Assembly: GCF_009914755.1 (NCBI RefSeq)
Contig: NC_060928.1
Direction: 5' to 3' (one strand)
Source: the human T2T-CHM13v2.0 reference genome, Homo sapiens
DNA length: 64,000 nt
Positions 59,253 through 64,000 of this stretch are shown here, one piece after another (position 1 is the first letter of the stretch; each line of letters begins with the position of its first letter). Both the position numbers and the translations under genes were made by a program. The notes under the pieces were generated by a model. The model did no database searches and was not told where the DNA came from. It saw only the letters and a program-made list of their open reading frames with translations.

Positions 59253-61359
59253 GGCATACAGATATTAAGAAACAACTGTATACTACCTAATATTTATTTC
59301 CACCTCATTACTCAAACATGAAAACAGAAGAAGACTGAAATGAATATGTGCATTTGGGCAAGACACGCATACTGTGGTAAGTCAAGATTTGGGTTTGTTC
59401 TGCCTCCTGAATAAATTCATGTTGGGCTGAAAAACTCTGATGCAATTAGGAATCAGTCACAGTTTAATTCTCAAACTTTGTTTTGGAGCTAGGAAGTTAA
59501 TGAAGTGGCTTCCAGAGTTGATAGAAAATAGCTAGACAATTGGAAGACCCAGTATTTTTTGACCTAAAGAATCTCCAAGCACATCAACCCAGATCGAGAC
59601 TTCTTGAGGGATAAAAAGGAAGGCATTGAGAACACATTATTTTCATCCTTAGTCCAAACTAACTGAATTTTATCTTTTTCAAAGTCAAGTAAGATTGCTG
59701 GTGTCCTAAGTGTCTGAATGCTTTAATTCTGCTAAGCAGCAATCCTGTTGGGATATTAAGTTCATCTCTGTTCATATTTAATTATGAAATATTCATGAAG
59801 AATGAAGAAACTCTTGCTAGTCAGGAATTGATAAACCATGAACTTGATATCTCAAATTTGCGTAACATATAGTTCAGAATCTCAATTTTCTTTTTTCTTC
59901 TTTTTCTTTCTTCTTTCTTTCTTATTTTTTCCTTTAGCTCAATACATTTACTAGAAATAAAAGTGTAGAGAAAGTTTAGCTGCTCGGCTATAATGGATCA
60001 ATATAAATATCTTTAAAATTTTCAATATACACTTAGATTTTATATTTATTTAAATTATTCTAATAATCTATTGTTTTAATAATTTAAAGTAATAAAATAT
60101 TTCTTTTTGACACCCTGTGTGGCAAATACCTCAAGGTATAAGTGTAAAGAAATTTTTGAATATTTAATTATTTTTGTGGCCTCCAGCTCATTTTCTTTCA
60201 TTTTTGTGTCTCTTGTTCATTGTTTATGTTTGTTTATAGTCACTGTGGATTCATCTGGATTCATCATATGTTATAAAGAGAGATATAATCAGTCATTGTA
60301 ACTAGATGACTTTATTCACATATTCTTTTGAGAAACCAGTAAAATATAAAAAGACAAAAATGGAATATATTTTTGGAAGCATATTTTTTAGTTTAGAGTG
60401 CTTTAATAACTTTAGTTTCTACATATACATTGAAAGTAATCCTCCAGTAATACCAGCTATACGACTGTGAAAGGAAGGGTGAATGGCTTATCTATGCAAT
60501 TTTGTTTAAAATGAATAAGATCTCAGGACTAACATATATGTACGACGCTTTGGCTATTTGTAAAATGACTGGTTATAAAATATAAGAGGAACCAGTTGTT
60601 GAAGATGGTGAGTTTATATCTATATGCAGTTTGAGAATAGTTGTGTATGAATCATCTCTTTGATAGTCAAAAGTAGACATATAACAGGAAATTTGTATAA
60701 AATATAGTGTTTAAGGTTTGGAGATAATATTTTCAATAGTTATGAATATTCAGGGGGTTTGAAATGATGAGAAAGAATAAGATTATCTGTGAAATAAATG
60801 TATAAAAAATATTAATAGCCCAAAGGAATGACTAATCATAAAGGATGCGTATTATTTTTCTACTGCTGTGTAATGAATTGCCACAGACTGAGTGACTTAA
60901 AACAATATTTGCTTATTAGCTCACAGTTCAATCTCTCAGAAGAAGAGCATGATGTGGCTGGATTTTCTGCTCAGGAAATTGAGTTCTTTGAAGTTGTAGG
61001 ATGGGAGTCCCCATTTCTTCAGTGACCATTAACTGGTCCTCTTCTGTAAACCACCTACATTCTACCCTAAATAGTCCGATCCATCTTCAAGCCAGTGACA
61101 GTGCATTAAATGCTCTGCTTGCTTCAAATCTTTCCCTCTGTTAAAGCCAGAGAAAAAAGTCTGCTTTTGAAAGGGCTCTTGTGATTAGGTTCGACAGATA
61201 TTCTCTTTACCGTAAGGTCAACGGTGCCACATTACATGACATAATTTTAAGAGCGATATCTCCTCATATTCACAGGTTTAGGGTGGTGGTACCAGAAAGG
61301 GATCCTGATCCAGACCTCAAGAGAGGGTTCTTGAATCTTGTGAAAAAAAAATTCTGGGT

Positions 61360-61679
<320 letters not shown>

Positions 61680-61856
61680 CTGGGTAAGCCCATAAAGGGA
61701 AAGCAAGTTTATTAGAGAAGTACTGAAACAAAAGAATGGCTACTCCATAGACAGAGAAGTGGTATGGGCTGCTTGATTGAGTTTACCTACAGGTATTTCT
61801 TGCTAAACGAAGAGTGGATTATTCTTGAATTTTACAGGAAAGGGGTGGAGATTCTG

Positions 61857-61916
61857 GAAGTTACCCTATATAGTCTAAAAGGGGCAACACCCTTTTAGAC
61901 TATATAGGGTAACTTC
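61857..61916. repeat. Perfect 27-bp-stem hairpin, 6-nt loop
   Basis: gaagttaccctatatagtctaaaaggg-gcaaca-cccttttagactatatagggtaacttc. Confidence 0.97.
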
Positions 61917-64000
61917 TGAACATTGTCATGGCATTTGTAAACTGTCATAGCACTAGCAGGAGTGTCTTTTAGCATGCTAATGCATTATAATTAGCAATAA
62001 TGGGCAGTGAGGACAATCAGAGGTCACTTTCATTGCCATCTTGGTTTCGGTGGACTTCTTTCCTGCATCCTGTTTTATTAGCAGGGTCTTTTTTACCTGT
62101 ATCTTGTGCCAACCCCCTATCTCATCCTGGGAGTAAGAATACCTAACCTCTTGGGAATGCAGTCCAGCATTTCACAGCCTTATTTTACCCAGCCCCTATT
62201 CAAGATGGAGTCACTCTGGTTCAAATGCCTCTGACAATGGCACAGCTTTGGGAGGCCATCTTGGAATTCTGCTTATCATGGGGTGCAGGAGTCCTAAGAT
62301 ACTGAGACAAGGGAGATATAGAGGTGCAAGGAGGAAACGAGAACAAATACGTATGATAAAACAATTGGCGATCAATATAGGAACTTAATAAATGCTCATT
62401 TGTTTTGAACAAATAGCTTTAGAGAGAAGCTTCAGATAAATAATAGAGTTGAAAATGTAAAGACAGTAGACTGAAGTATGAATTGGGATAGCACAGCCGA
62501 TTACTCTTTCAAGAAACTTAAAAGAGATGAGAAGGAAACCAGGCAGAAACTAAGAAGGTCAAGGATGAGAGGGACGCATATGTTTTTGTTTTGAGGAGAT
62601 CCAGAGGAGAGGAAGAGCTAAAGAATGCCAGGAAAAAAAGCAAGTAAATTAGAAATTCCATCTACAAAGTTTTAAAAATTAACAAACCACATGTGCTGAG
62701 GGTTCACAAAAGCCAACATAGATTTTTTTTTCTTTTTTTTTTTTTTTACACAAAGCAAGTCCTTGCTTGTTTAACAATACAAAAGGAAGTAGCTCTGGCA
62801 TTTTCTGAGTGTGTTAACATCTCTCTTGGTATGTGTCTTGCAGTTCCTCAAAGTATGTCTTAATTGCATTCTGAGTGTATTTTCCAAAACAAAATGATCT
62901 GAAAAGGTGATCAAATATTTGAAATTACAGCACTCCAAAAATAACTAGATACATGTTTGGCATACTTGATTAAGTGAGAAATTTCTTTGAGTTTAGTATT
63001 TAAACTGTCAAATTTAGAGGAATTAATAGTTTCGCTTTTAATATGTTGCATATTTTCTGACATCTTAGCAGCTGAATTTATACAAATCTCTAATTGTTAA
63101 CTGTGTTTTTAACCAAATAACTACATGTTCCATTTATTTGTAATTGATTGGCAAAAGACTCAGAAAATCAGCTGAATACACGATAACAGACTATTTAATA
63201 TAAAGTGTACACTTTAGCATTGGAATTGATTATTCATCTATAAAATACTTTAAGACAAAGAATCTATAAATAGTATATTTGGTATTGTGTCCTGAAAGAA
63301 GTACTAGATTTCTCCAAGAGTTGTTATTTCTATTACATACATACATTTTTAAATACCTTTGTGAATGACTATTGTATATAGCAGAAATAAAACCGAGTGT
63401 AGTGTAATATAATCAGTCACACCGAGGGCAGTAGTTTCAAATTAATGTTTTTCTCCCCCAAAATTATGGCTGTATCATAAAATTGTATAATTTTAAATAC
63501 AGGTAATTTTTTTAAAAAGCAAGTTATTTAAAGTATTTTAAACAAATTGAGGAAAGTCTCATAATTTATTGTCAGTCTATTGAATAATTAGCAATTTCAG
63601 ATAATTATACTTCTAGAAAAAATAGAAAGTAAAACCATAATAGGAAAATATTGGTAACTCCAAAAAAAAAAGTATCACTAGTCCCATGACGTAATTAGGA
63701 GTGAGACCTTTGGCAAGAATAACAATAAACAGCACTTAATCAAATATCTGTGTGTCTAGATGGCATCTTGTTTAACAGCTTTAACAAGGCACAGAGCATG
63801 TCCATGCCTTACGAGCACTCCCCTTCCCCCAGGTGGCCTACAAATTGGAGAATGGCTTATTTTATTTGACCATCTTGGTCACTACTCATGTCCTCATTGA
63901 TGAAGTCTTTTGGCCTCCCTGCTTTGTTTGGTTTGAAAGATTCTTGCTGAGTTTGAGAGCTCAGGTACCCAGGATCCAGCCTCTGAAAGTACCACATAGA

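Overview
AT-rich primate (human/great-ape-like) nuclear DNA, roughly half interspersed repeats: old L1M/L1PA LINE fragments, L2, MIR, about 11 Alus, MaLR/ERV LTRs and hAT MER elements. There is no prokaryotic system, CRISPR array, rRNA or tRNA, and almost all listed six-frame ORFs are repeat artefacts. Main observations: (1) four + strand exon-like segments (4536-4681, 38784-38899, 50317-50374, 50743-50849) with canonical AG/GT boundaries whose phases join into one open 141-codon frame, one exon derived from an antisense LTR, suggesting an orphan/de novo-type gene or coding lncRNA; (2) a ~155-bp MT-CO2 NUMT; (3) an old inverted-plus-direct local duplication at 33.5-36.1 kb joined by microhomology; (4) several perfect snap-back palindromes, including a 27-bp-stem hairpin in a MER41 LTR and a triple-hairpin insertion in an Alu; (5) retrotransposition scars (an L1 3' transduction, two twin-priming inversions, a solo LTR inside an Alu, a young AluYa). 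Repeat family names come from recalled consensus motifs, not a database search, and boundaries of old repeats are approximate.
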